From a virus: DNA of 64,000 bases. Both the position numbers and the translations under genes were made by a program. The stretch is taken from positions 18,625 through 82,624 of the IMG/VR virus record IMGVR_UViG_3300043446_004155. The stretch is one strand, 5' to 3'. Positions 54,032 through 62,764 of the stretch are shown here, piece by piece (the first letter of the stretch is position 1; every line of letters starts with the position of its first letter). The notes beneath the pieces were generated by a model that was not told where the DNA came from, ran no database searches, and saw nothing but the letters and a program-made list of their open reading frames with translations.

Positions 54032-55897
54032 TTAGTGCGTTTCTGCCCATGACGAGCCTACGCGAGAGTCGCCTTCTATAAGACAACGGAACTTAAAGAA
54101 TTCCTGAGCTTGCGGGAAAGCAAGCATGGCTTGTTCTCGGATTGCTTCAGTGTGTTGAGGCTTGCATGCAATCTGAACTTCATCATGCACCATCAACAGT
54201 TGTTGCCAGTCATTGTCATACTCCAAACCAAGATTGTTCTTGATGTTGTTTTGGATGTTGATGACAACTTGCTTCATCAAGATTGCACCAGCTGATTGCA
54301 ACAACACATTCAATCCTTTAAATGCAGAACGGCAATACAACTGACGGCGATCCAAACCAATGAGGTAACCACGTAGACCAATTGTTTTATCAATCTCCAA
54401 CTTCAATGCTTTCAATGCTGGTACACCACGCATGAAACCATCGATAGCATCACGGCCAAGCATGCGGAGTTCATCTTCATCTTTCAAGTTGGGATCAATG
54501 ATTGAACCAGCCTTGACAGATCCACATCCATAGAGCATGCCGTAGAGCAAACGCTTGCTGATGTCCCTGGTCTCTACACCAAATTGTTTTTGGTTGTAGG
54601 TATGGATGTCAATGGATTCATCAGTTACCAGACGAGCGTATTCTCCGTCATCCCAGATTGCCAAGTATCCAGCAAGGCAACGTAACTCAAGTGCTTTAGC
54701 GTCAATACCAATGAGATCCCACCCGTCAGGAGGAGTGAACAAACTTCGACACTCCTTTCCATAGGGGGAGTAACCTGCTGGGACCTGACCCATATTTGGA
54801 TTGCGGTGTGAACAGCGCCCAGTAATGCAACCGTTAGTAATAACGTCGCCGTGGATACGACCAGTGTCATTGTTGTACAGCTTGATCCAAGAGTTGTTGC
54901 CACTAGCAATTTGACCAAGACGCTTTTTGACCAACATGTATTCAGTCAGAGGTTTGGCTTCTGGATAAGGCAGTTGTTCTAGTACCTCATCATTAACAAT
55001 TGGATTTCCTTTCTCAGTAAACTTCTCTGGTTTCCATCCGTACTTGCTGCCAAGTCGATCAACAATCTGCTCACGAGATCCTGGATTGAACTCTTCGTAG
55101 CTGACTTTGGTGAAAGGTTGTCCTTTGACATAACCACGTTTAACGTTGTTGACCTTTGGTACAAACACCTGTTCGTGTTTGATAGGTGGAAAAATTTGTT
55201 TTAGCTGTGCCTCAAGTTCTGTTTCTTTTGCTCGCAGCACATCCACCAAATCAAGAGCAGCATCCAAATCGAAAGGAACACCTGATCGAATTTGTTTGTT
55301 AATCGCCAAAGCAAAGTCGTGCTCCAAGAGTAGGGATGATTCCGGGTAGTTTTGCGTGGCGATGAGCTGCCAAAGATTGAAGGTAACTGCCACGTCTTGG
55401 ACGCAGTAGTCAAGCATCTCTTGGCTGTACTCCGTAAAGTCTTTGAAGTCGATCTTATGGGTGGCCAAGCGCCATCCCCAAGCCTTAAGTGATGCGGATC
55501 CACATAGGTTCTTTGGAACCTGCGGATATTGTTCCGTGTCAAGTTCATAGAGTACCTCCTTGGGCCAGATCAAACGAGTGCAGATGAGTGTGTCAATAAT
55601 GCGTGCGTTGATTTCTACATCAGGAAATAGTTTCTTTAAGACTGGGATGTCATAAAAACAAATGTTGTGGCCAATAAGAACATCAGCACGACTGAGATGC
55701 TCAAGAGCAGAGTCGATGCTGCCAGGATCAAAAGACAAAAAGTTCCCACTGTGGATGTCATAGAGGACAATGCAGTGAACTTTGGAAGCTTTGTCATAAA
55801 GTCCATCCGTCTCAATGTCAAAGACGTACCAAGTTTCACTTTCTGAACTGGGCTTCATCTCGAACCTGGAGTTCTTCACTGGCAAGGCTGGTGTCAT
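54032..55897 (-). CDS. polA: DNA polymerase family A (T7-like) with 3'-5' exonuclease
   Basis: FDIETDGL, GHNI..YD, YCVQDV, TGRCSH, DAKALELR, SKRLLYGMLYG, VHDE. Confidence 0.96.
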   Translation of the reverse strand: MTPALPVKNSRFEMKPSSESETWYVFDIETDGLYDKASKVHCIVLYDIHSGNFLSFDPGSIDSALEHLSRADVLIGHNICFYDIPVLKKLFPDVEINARIIDTLICTRLIWPKEVLYELDTEQYPQVPKNLCGSASLKAWGWRLATHKIDFKDFTEYSQEMLDYCVQDVAVTFNLWQLIATQNYPESSLLLEHDFALAINKQIRSGVPFDLDAALDLVDVLRAKETELEAQLKQIFPPIKHEQVFVPKVNNVKRGYVKGQPFTKVSYEEFNPGSREQIVDRLGSKYGWKPEKFTEKGNPIVNDEVLEQLPYPEAKPLTEYMLVKKRLGQIASGNNSWIKLYNNDTGRIHGDVITNGCITGRCSHRNPNMGQVPAGYSPYGKECRSLFTPPDGWDLIGIDAKALELRCLAGYLAIWDDGEYARLVTDESIDIHTYNQKQFGVETRDISKRLLYGMLYGCGSVKAGSIIDPNLKDEDELRMLGRDAIDGFMRGVPALKALKLEIDKTIGLRGYLIGLDRRQLYCRSAFKGLNVLLQSAGAILMKQVVINIQNNIKNNLGLEYDNDWQQLLMVHDEVQIACKPQHTEAIREQAMLAFPQAQEFFKFRCLIEGDSRVGSSWAETH

Positions 55898-56069
55898 TTT
55901 TGTTAATCCACGTCAAGATCTGTTGTGCCCCAGCGCGATATGGATGGGAAAAGATCTTGCTCAGAGCTACTTCTGAATCTAGCGGAATTAACTGAAAAGA
56001 ATTAGAGGAGGCACAGGCGGTAATAGCAAATGGCATGCCGTCCTTCCATGTAGCAATGACGTAAGACAT
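55836..56069 (-). CDS. Hypothetical protein
   Basis: ORF. Confidence 0.5.
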   Translation of the reverse strand: MSYVIATWKDGMPFAITACASSNSFQLIPLDSEVALSKIFSHPYRAGAQQILTWINKNDTSLASEELQVRDEAQFRK

Positions 56070-56124
56070 AAGAAATGAAAGACCGGACAGATGATATCCG
56101 ATCTTCCATTCGTGGCAAGTGCCT

Positions 56125-56895
56125 TCAAGTTATCTTCTGGTTTGATTTGCCGTATCCAACAAATCCCCCCTCCTTCTTACGTTGAGATATGGCTTGGCTT
56201 GCTTCGCTGCCAGCCTTCTGGGAACCATGGACCAACAGTGCAAAGTGCTTGTCGCCCAAGCAATGGCTGTCGTCATGGTCAATCTCAAGGCCAAGCTCTG
56301 CGGCCTGTTCTTCTGTGTACACAACGTGAGAAACCCGTTGGTACACATCGGGATACTTGTCAAGCAAGTAGTCAAGCGTACCACCGTGCGATGCCGTGAG
56401 ATAAAAGTTGGATGGGATCATGTCCCGCAGGTTGTACCACATCCCAAGGGACTTGGTGTAGGCATAGAACTTTTGTTCGGGTCTGCCTTGAGCAACCATC
56501 ATCCAAGCCTTCATGTAGTTCTCAGTCCAGAAATCACCAGATTCATGGATACGAATCAGTTTCTTGGGTGGGTGCATCAACAGTGAAAGGTCAATCAGAT
56601 CACGCAACAGCATGGCCTGGTTCCCATTCATGTGAATGGTTTCACGCAGCAAATCCCAGTTGTGCCAGCGTGCTTCTCGTACGTTAGGCCGTACCTCTGA
56701 CATAGCAGCAAAGCAACGAAAGTCCCGTTCTGCTGTGACGCCTGTGTACTGAGGCAGATCAGTGATGGCACCAGTGGTGCGATCAGCAAAGGTCTTGCAC
56801 ACACCGGCGTGTGGGCAGGAATAGCCAGCGGGCAGGCTAAAGATCAAGCGGTTGCTGAGCTTGCCATTGCCCTTGGAAAACTTGAGTAGTTTCAT
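56125..56895 (-). CDS. Phage GP88-like protein
   Basis: GNGKL..FSLPAGYSCP..C...CFA...IRIHESGDF..FYAYTKS. Confidence 0.75.
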   Translation of the reverse strand: MKLLKFSKGNGKLSNRLIFSLPAGYSCPHAGVCKTFADRTTGAITDLPQYTGVTAERDFRCFAAMSEVRPNVREARWHNWDLLRETIHMNGNQAMLLRDLIDLSLLMHPPKKLIRIHESGDFWTENYMKAWMMVAQGRPEQKFYAYTKSLGMWYNLRDMIPSNFYLTASHGGTLDYLLDKYPDVYQRVSHVVYTEEQAAELGLEIDHDDSHCLGDKHFALLVHGSQKAGSEASQAISQRKKEGGFVGYGKSNQKIT

Positions 56896-56915
56896 GGTTG
56901 AGTTGAGTTGTGGGG

Positions 56916-56943
56916 TAAGCAGTTTAACGTCATGCTTAGGACG
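56916..56943 (-). promoter_or_regulatory. Leader pseudoknot motif copy
   Basis: CGUC-C-UAAGCA-U-GACG-UUAAAC-UGCUUA. Confidence 0.8.
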
Positions 56944-56957
56944 AAATTTAATTGTTA

Positions 56958-57347
56958 TTAGTTGCGCATGTAATACTCTTTTTGTATATTAAGGGGCACA
57001 CCGGCGTCATCAAAATCTTCAGGGTGTATTCCCTGGACAGTTAATTCATCTTCTTCGTCAACTCCTGGGATAACCAACCCAGTACCAATAGCATCAAGCA
57101 GTGACGAATCAAGGGCCAAATCCCTTAACTTATATGCCAAAAGAGCAACCTCTCTTGCACCTGCCATTTGCAAATCGTTTTCTTTGGATCCATACATGAG
57201 AAACAAACCAGCTGCTTGGTAATACAATGTTTCATTCTCCTCAGAATTTGGAGACATTGGATTTGCTTTAGCCAAAAGATCTCTGGCTTGTTGCAAAGCG
57301 TCTGCACGGGTAACACCCTCTTTGCGTTGAAAGAATGTGGCACTCAT
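56958..57347 (-). CDS. Hypothetical protein
   Basis: ORF. Confidence 0.55.
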   Translation of the reverse strand: MSATFFQRKEGVTRADALQQARDLLAKANPMSPNSEENETLYYQAAGLFLMYGSKENDLQMAGAREVALLAYKLRDLALDSSLLDAIGTGLVIPGVDEEDELTVQGIHPEDFDDAGVPLNIQKEYYMRN

Positions 57348-57372
57348 TGTGTTGAATGATTAGTTTTATTTA

Positions 57373-57400
57373 TGGGTGAGTTTAAGGACATCCCAGGTCC
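57373..57400 (-). promoter_or_regulatory. Leader pseudoknot motif copy (variant)
   Basis: GGAC-C-UGGGA-U-GUCC-UUAAAC-UCACCCA. Confidence 0.65.
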
Positions 57401-57569
57401 ATAATGGTATGGGGTGTAGAAGAGCAGCGTCAACCCCGAGGGAATCAGAGTTTCTGCTGCTTCCTCTGGTTGGTAACTGAATGACCTTGCGGCTTGATCA
57501 CCGTGAGGTCACACCCTCATATGTTACGGCACGAACGACATCAGATACATCAATCGTCATATAGTTTCC

Positions 57570-57583
57570 GTATCAATAAATAC
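57570..57583 (+). promoter_or_regulatory. NtcA-type box GTA-N8-TAC overlapping the predicted TSS
   Basis: GTATCAATAAATAC just downstream of -10 TATAGT (57560-65). Confidence 0.55.
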
Positions 57584-57590
57584 AGAACCC

Positions 57591-57743
57591 ATGACGTTAA
57601 CGTATCGTGGTTGCAAATACAACCAAGAGGAGCAGGCACAGAAAGACAGAGCCTGGTGGAACTTGGCCCACCGTCCCTGGCTTTGCCTGACGTACCGTAA
57701 CATCTGCTACTTTCCTTTTGTTACTGGAGGTCAAATCAAATGA
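57591..57743 (+). CDS. DUF4278-family micro-protein (50 aa)
   Basis: MTLTYRGCKY...LTYRNICY, two LxYRG-type motifs. Confidence 0.75.
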   Translation: MTLTYRGCKYNQEEQAQKDRAWWNLAHRPWLCLTYRNICYFPFVTGGQIK

Positions 57744-57856
57744 ACAAAGCACTGATCGTCTACCTGGTGGACAAGCGGAAAAAGCAAGTACGCAAAAATG
57801 TGGAGTCCAAGCATGCCGTCACTGCATTAAAAAAACAAAGCGCCGCGACCTTCTGA
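57740..57856 (+). CDS. 38-aa basic micro-protein coupled to DUF4278
   Basis: GGAGG SD and ATGA overlap; MNKALIVYLVDKRKKQVRK... Confidence 0.6.
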   Translation: MNKALIVYLVDKRKKQVRKNVESKHAVTALKKQSAATF

Positions 57857-57875
57857 TCGCCACTCTTTGAGTTCA

Positions 57876-58514
57876 TCAGTCTTCTGCAAAGGCTGCTTCT
57901 CCAATGATGGGGAATTCTTTGCAGAAGATTCTTTTGATTTCTCTGGCAATTTGTTGGTGCTCGAGTTGGGTTCCATTGGAGCAGCGGAGATCAAGATAGT
58001 GGATCCACGACCTGAGTGTACCGTTCATGAACAGACGGGTCTGTGTCGATAATGGCAGAATGGAGCGAGCACATTCCTTAGCAATACCATTGCTTACCAT
58101 CTCGCGATACAAATGTTCTGCGTTTTCATACAATTCACTGATGCGTCGATAATAATTACCAACAAGATCAGGAGATAAGTCATCAATACTGTTTTGCCTG
58201 TTTTTCTGATCTTGTCTACGTAAATGCGGAATAACAGCTGAGCCCAGTTCATTTGTGTCTGCATAACGCTGACTAAATTCCTGGAATGAGAATGACCGAT
58301 GACGAAGAATCTGTGGTGAGATTGCACGCGTCGTTTCAATCTCCACGCACATCCCTGCCATCTCAAATGGACTCCAGTGTTTGTGCTTGATCAGATACTG
58401 CAACAACCGTGGAGCAGTATCCATGTTGTCTTGGTTCTTGGGTGCAGAAACTCTTGCCATCTTGACAATGAGTTCTTCTGCGTTGGGTGTAACCCAGGTC
58501 AAGTTAACATGCAT
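57876..58514 (-). CDS. thyX: FAD-dependent thymidylate synthase
   Basis: HWSPFEM, QILRHRSFSFQEFSQRY, AKECAR, TQLEH. Confidence 0.96.
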   Translation of the reverse strand: MHVNLTWVTPNAEELIVKMARVSAPKNQDNMDTAPRLLQYLIKHKHWSPFEMAGMCVEIETTRAISPQILRHRSFSFQEFSQRYADTNELGSAVIPHLRRQDQKNRQNSIDDLSPDLVGNYYRRISELYENAEHLYREMVSNGIAKECARSILPLSTQTRLFMNGTLRSWIHYLDLRCSNGTQLEHQQIAREIKRIFCKEFPIIGEAAFAED

Positions 58515-58517
58515 GAG

Positions 58518-58820
58518 TTACTCCACCTCAAATCCATAGCCTTCAGATTGTAGCCGTTGAAGTTGATCAACAGGACAGATCCTCATCTGTGCATGTTCGG
58601 TTGGAGTTTGGAGATGATCCCATCTGATCATCAAAAACTTTTGCTTGGCACCTGATTTATTTGGCTTGAGTTTGATGCCAACAACAGTGCCATAGCGCTG
58701 GGACCTGTACTGTTGAACACGCTCTTTGGTTTCATTGCGTACAGCAAAGATGCCATGAGCTTTAGGACGTTCTGCTACGCGATCACCAATCACGTAATCG
58801 TATTGACGTTTGGTAGTCAT
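58518..58820 (-). CDS. Hypothetical SH3-like protein
   Basis: IGDRV...GTVVG...IRWD. Confidence 0.55.
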   Translation of the reverse strand: MTTKRQYDYVIGDRVAERPKAHGIFAVRNETKERVQQYRSQRYGTVVGIKLKPNKSGAKQKFLMIRWDHLQTPTEHAQMRICPVDQLQRLQSEGYGFEVE

Positions 58821-59221
58821 TTGGATTTCCAGAGTTGAAAGTGATTGCAGTCGTACGACTCAGCAGTGTCGTACTCAGGAAAGTCAAAGGCGCAGTAACA
58901 ACCATCAACGTTGTGCTGGCAATCACTGCATTTGTTAAGTGCTCTGAATTCAGATGGACTCACCCCAGAATGGGGTGGAACCACCCCGGATGTGAGTGGT
59001 TGATTTGTCATGAGCTTGTGGAGCTGCTCAACAAGATAGAGGTTGCGCTTGGCTTCTTCAAAGAAATCTGCTGATACTTCATGGGTTGTAACCCTGTAGC
59101 TACAGCAGTCGCATTTCTTGCGGCGCCTTGTTGATAGACCAGTCTTCCTGGATTCAATAACCCTGAGTCCAGGTTGATTGCATTGTGGACAGTCAGGAAG
59201 GATTGCCTTCTGAAACGCCAT
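58817..59221 (-). CDS. NrdR-like N-terminal Zn-ribbon protein
   Basis: CPQC...RVIESR...TRRRKKC..C.YRVTTHE; no ATP cone. Confidence 0.7.
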   Translation of the reverse strand: MAFQKAILPDCPQCNQPGLRVIESRKTGLSTRRRKKCDCCSYRVTTHEVSADFFEEAKRNLYLVEQLHKLMTNQPLTSGVVPPHSGVSPSEFRALNKCSDCQHNVDGCYCAFDFPEYDTAESYDCNHFQLWKSK

Positions 59222-59522
59222 TGCTTTCTTGAATGTTCAGTGAATCAAGTAGATCAGTCGTTTGCTCTGGTCCGATCAAACTAAATGCATCAACAATCAA
59301 TTGAACATTGGGCACCTCTTTGTAATGTGTGTTGAGGAATAGTTCGGCATACTCAAAATCATCAACTGATCTGGTTAATTTCAACATGATGTCTGACGGC
59401 ATCTCATCAACAATGCGTTGAACAATTGCTGTACGCACTTGATCCCATGCATGATCAGGGATTGCATCAGCAATAAGTTGAGTAATGTCAGTTGTTGATT
59501 CAGGTTGAAGTGGTGTGATCAT
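59193..59522 (-). CDS. Hypothetical protein
   Basis: ORF; start inferred. Confidence 0.5.
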   Translation of the reverse strand: MITPLQPESTTDITQLIADAIPDHAWDQVRTAIVQRIVDEMPSDIMLKLTRSVDDFEYAELFLNTHYKEVPNVQLIVDAFSLIGPEQTTDLLDSLNIQESNGVSEGNPS

Positions 59523-59552
59523 GAAGAAAAGACCCCTGTCAAAGCAGGGGCC
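59523..59552 (-). terminator. Intrinsic terminator
   Basis: GGCCCCTG...CAGGGGTC followed by TTTTCTT. Confidence 0.65.
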
Positions 59553-59570
59553 AAACATTCCGCATGAATC

Positions 59571-59933
59571 TTAGGCAGGTTCAGCCTGTGTGTCCAGGAC
59601 CTGGTCCATTAATCCTGACTCTTTGAGTCGATCCAACATGCCGCACATGATGGTGGCATGGGCATGGGTCTGTTCCATGAACAGCTTTGCCCGCTCTGCC
59701 GACATGGTATGGATACGGCCGGAGGGTTCCACATAACGCCAGCTGCCATCAGGCTGGGGATCACCCTGGAGGGCAAGACGTTCTGAGTTGTGTACGTACC
59801 GTAGTTCGAGGTTGTGATAGTCCTTAAGACCGTCAGCCGCTGTCCAGGTTGCTCCAAGGTTGTAACGCTGATCGTCATCAGTGTATGCGTGGAACTCAGG
59901 AATGAGATGTTTGAATGCAGCAAAGATTTGCAT
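59571..59933 (-). CDS. Hypothetical protein
   Basis: ORF with a G-poor leader. Confidence 0.6.
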   Translation of the reverse strand: MQIFAAFKHLIPEFHAYTDDDQRYNLGATWTAADGLKDYHNLELRYVHNSERLALQGDPQPDGSWRYVEPSGRIHTMSAERAKLFMEQTHAHATIMCGMLDRLKESGLMDQVLDTQAEPA

Positions 59934-59953
59934 GACTTGAATTGAGTTTGGGT

Positions 59954-60029
59954 TGGTAGCCGACCCCGGATTCGAACCGGGACTTGAGCGATTTTAAGTC
60001 GCTTGCCTCTGCCGTTGGGCTAGTCGGCC
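59954..60029 (-). tRNA. trnL: tRNA-Leu(UAA), intronless, short variable loop, CCA encoded
   Basis: GGCCGAC/GTCGGCT acceptor stem; AGCGA-CTTAAAA-TCGCT anticodon arm; GGTTCGAATCC. Confidence 0.92.
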
Positions 60030-60238
60030 TCACTTGGACTTACGCTTACGTCAATTGACGCATGCTGCCAAGTGTGATCTTGAGGCAGGACTTCCATTCC
60101 GTAAGTCCAGCTATCGTAGTCATCCTCATTACGAGGATCTTCATCGATCAAGATGTACTGTGGTGAGTTGTCATGAATGTACTCACCAATGTTAGCCATG
60201 GCCATGGCGAGTAGTTGATCATCGGTGTAATCGGTCAT
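60020..60238 (-). CDS. Acidic hypothetical protein whose stop lies inside the tRNA
   Basis: ORF. Confidence 0.55.
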   Translation of the reverse strand: MTDYTDDQLLAMAMANIGEYIHDNSPQYILIDEDPRNEDDYDSWTYGMEVLPQDHTWQHASIDVSVSPSEAD

Positions 60239-60289
60239 GGGTAGAAACCAGCCCTAGTATCGAGGCTAAGGCTGGTAAACCGTGCGGGC

Positions 60290-62014
60290 TCAGGCAGATT
60301 GTAGCTGCTTCTCCCGTTGTTGCAAGACCTCACGGAAGGCTTCCGTATAAGCCTCACGTTGGTCTTCAGTGAGCCGCTGGTTAGCGACACCAGCGATTTG
60401 TTTGACGGACATCAGGCCCATGTCAACGACCAGCTGGATGGTGAATGTGGGCTTACCATCAATCATGCATAGCACGATGAAGTGCTTACGCTTCTTGATG
60501 TCATCGGCATAGTGGGATGCAGAGCCGACGCAGTTACGTACGGCCTGGCCCCACATAGCCAACTGATGTGTGTCAACAGGCTGGAAGAACGACCAGGTCT
60601 CACCATTGCGTGTAACCCTGATTGGTTCAGGGAATAGATCTTGACGCAATGATTCGTTTGGATTCTGAATCTTCCAGGACTCAGCTTGCACATAGTCATG
60701 GAACTCATTGATGCGCCACCGTTTGGGTGGTGTGAGTTCATTGCCATGGTCAAGGATACGGATTGCCATGGAGAATGTGTCATTTAGTTCATAGAATCCA
60801 ATACGTGCATAACCAACTTCTGAGTCAGGACGAAGTAAATCTTGTGATTCAAGATACTTACGCAGCATTGTGAACATCGATGCAACTGGCATGTGTTCAC
60901 GTAACCAACTAACAAATGCATTTGAGCTGGTGCTGATGCTGCTTGTACGTACTTGACTCAGCCTGATGTAACGGAGTTCTTTGTAATAGGTTTGGTAGTA
61001 ATCAAGTGGGCAGTCAGGCCATATCTTGTTAATCCAGTCAATTGAATCAATGACATGGACAAAGGTTTTAAAGCCTTGAGTAATTGGCTTGCGCTGAGTA
61101 TTACCTGGGTCACTATATGCAAGTGTGCAGCGATCAAGCTCTGCTTGTAACAGCTTCTTAATTGCTGACTTGGAAATGATGTGACTGATTCTTTCCAATA
61201 CGCAAAACGTTGATGACGGGAAGTTAGGGTTCTTATTGAATTCAATTGTTGCATTAAGTAAGTTATCAACAGTTAGACCTTGCTTTAGGTCAAAACACTT
61301 TGCCATCATCGGAGGAAGGTCGGCTGCATCAAAAATGTTCTTGCAGCGCATACGATCAAACAATCCACGGGAGTCAGACCATGTAGGCATGTCTTCCCGT
61401 AGGCTTGCTTCGTATGGACGGATGCAATGCTCAATGATCTCGCGTCCTTTCTGGCAGTAAAGGTTAAAGGCTTGCCACTGGTAGGCACGCCAGCCACTGC
61501 CTTCACTTGATTCAATGTCACCCTTGGTGATGTTCATTGAGTAAGTAAAGGTCTGGACGCCACGAGCACCTTCGTGCTCGATGCACTTATCTTTGCTGGT
61601 CCAGATGTGGTGTGGTGCAGTCTTGGCAGCAGCCGCTGTGTTCTTGAATGCGTAGGCGTGGCCGTACACATACTGATCAGCTTCCTTCTTTGGAGGAAGC
61701 CATGCTGCATACCACACCTGTTCATAGTGATACAGGATGGCAATAACTTTGAGGCGAGCCTGCGGAGTTGCTACGTCCACAGGCGTGGTAAATACTCTGT
61801 AACGATCTGGCGCAGACTGCTGATTGATGTGATCAATCGCAGCTTGCTGATCTGATTCACGCACCACGTTATGTGGGATGAGGTGCGGAATGTTACCGAG
61901 TGGGTACTTAGCTTTCTTGGTTGATGTGGTCTTAGCCTGCTTAGCCAACACCTTTAGTGTTGGGTCATAAGCCAAGAGTTCGGTTTGCAGGTTGGAGGGA
62001 AGTTGGAATTGCAT
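60290..62014 (-). CDS. PcfJ-domain protein
   Basis: EFHD...LAMWGQAVRNCVGS...FTIQL...QIAGVANQ. Confidence 0.75.
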   Translation of the reverse strand: MQFQLPSNLQTELLAYDPTLKVLAKQAKTTSTKKAKYPLGNIPHLIPHNVVRESDQQAAIDHINQQSAPDRYRVFTTPVDVATPQARLKVIAILYHYEQVWYAAWLPPKKEADQYVYGHAYAFKNTAAAAKTAPHHIWTSKDKCIEHEGARGVQTFTYSMNITKGDIESSEGSGWRAYQWQAFNLYCQKGREIIEHCIRPYEASLREDMPTWSDSRGLFDRMRCKNIFDAADLPPMMAKCFDLKQGLTVDNLLNATIEFNKNPNFPSSTFCVLERISHIISKSAIKKLLQAELDRCTLAYSDPGNTQRKPITQGFKTFVHVIDSIDWINKIWPDCPLDYYQTYYKELRYIRLSQVRTSSISTSSNAFVSWLREHMPVASMFTMLRKYLESQDLLRPDSEVGYARIGFYELNDTFSMAIRILDHGNELTPPKRWRINEFHDYVQAESWKIQNPNESLRQDLFPEPIRVTRNGETWSFFQPVDTHQLAMWGQAVRNCVGSASHYADDIKKRKHFIVLCMIDGKPTFTIQLVVDMGLMSVKQIAGVANQRLTEDQREAYTEAFREVLQQREKQLQSA

Positions 62015-62036
62015 TGATTTGAGTGAGTAAATAGAA

Positions 62037-62064
62037 TGGGCAGTTTAACGTCATGCCCAGGACG
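62037..62064 (-). promoter_or_regulatory. Leader pseudoknot motif copy
   Basis: CGUC-C-UGGGCA-U-GACG-UUAAAC-UGCCCA. Confidence 0.8.
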
Positions 62065-62069
62065 GTTGA

Positions 62070-62321
62070 TCAATCTAGGTCGTCATGTTCGACCAGTTCC
62101 CATTGAGGATCGAGCTGATCAAGATAGGCACAGAAGCCATCTTCATCAAGAGGGATTGGTTCCTCTGGATCCAACTCAACAGTTGTTGTGCATAGTGCAG
62201 GAGCCCATTCTTCAGGGTCGAGATGAGTTGCGTGATAGAGCAAACGCATCTCGTCAACAACTGCTGTAACAGTGACATGGGTATCAGTGAATGAGGTGTG
62301 TTCGATTGCAAGGACAGTCAT
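62070..62321 (-). CDS. Acidic hypothetical protein
   Basis: DPEEWAPALC motif. Confidence 0.6.
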   Translation of the reverse strand: MTVLAIEHTSFTDTHVTVTAVVDEMRLLYHATHLDPEEWAPALCTTTVELDPEEPIPLDEDGFCAYLDQLDPQWELVEHDDLD

Positions 62322-62323
62322 TG

Positions 62324-62506
62324 TTATTCCTCAATGTAGGAATAGTTTGGTGTGTTGACGCAGCGGTACTTCATCCACAGCTGAGCTGTGTGGTACTCGC
62401 CTTCAAATCGTGTTGTGTCCAGCACGTTTGCACTTGCTCGGCGCTTGGCGCAATCAGCAAGATTGATGCGGTCAAACAAGTTGATAGTGTCAATGAATGC
62501 AGCCAT
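62324..62506 (-). CDS. Hypothetical protein
   Basis: ORF with leader motif. Confidence 0.55.
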   Translation of the reverse strand: MAAFIDTINLFDRINLADCAKRRASANVLDTTRFEGEYHTAQLWMKYRCVNTPNYSYIEE

Positions 62507-62532
62507 GGTTTGAATTGAGTTAGTGAACAGGA

Positions 62533-62562
62533 CCTGGGACTTACACCTTGCGGATGCCCAGG
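62533..62562 (-). promoter_or_regulatory. Leader hairpin motif 2
   Basis: CCUGGG-CA-UCCGCAAGGU-GUAAG-UCCCAGG. Confidence 0.65.
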
Positions 62563-62566
62563 ATCT

Positions 62567-62764
62567 TTAGATTAATTTAATGTTTGGAATGCTAACTCCT
62601 GTGCCAGGAACACTGAGTGATCCTTTGACACCATTGGGATTTGCATTGAGAGTTAGTTGGAATGGACCAAGCTTGATTGCTTTAGTCACTGATTTGATTC
62701 CATGTTCTGTGATGTTCACACCATGAATGGTGCGATCAAAACTAATGAGGGATCGTTTAGTCAT
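62567..62764 (-). CDS. DUF4236-like small protein
   Basis: KAIKLGPFQLTLN...GSLSVPGTGVS. Confidence 0.55.
   Translation of the reverse strand: MTKRSLISFDRTIHGVNITEHGIKSVTKAIKLGPFQLTLNANPNGVKGSLSVPGTGVSIPNIKLI

Noticed and set aside
49301-62064. Pseudoknots as stop-codon read-through or frameshift signals fusing adjacent ORFs
   Set aside because: Frames to the downstream ORFs are inconsistent (offsets 54, 53, 55 nt), the in-frame case hits another UGA, and one copy overlaps its stop. Only the distance to the downstream ATG is constant.
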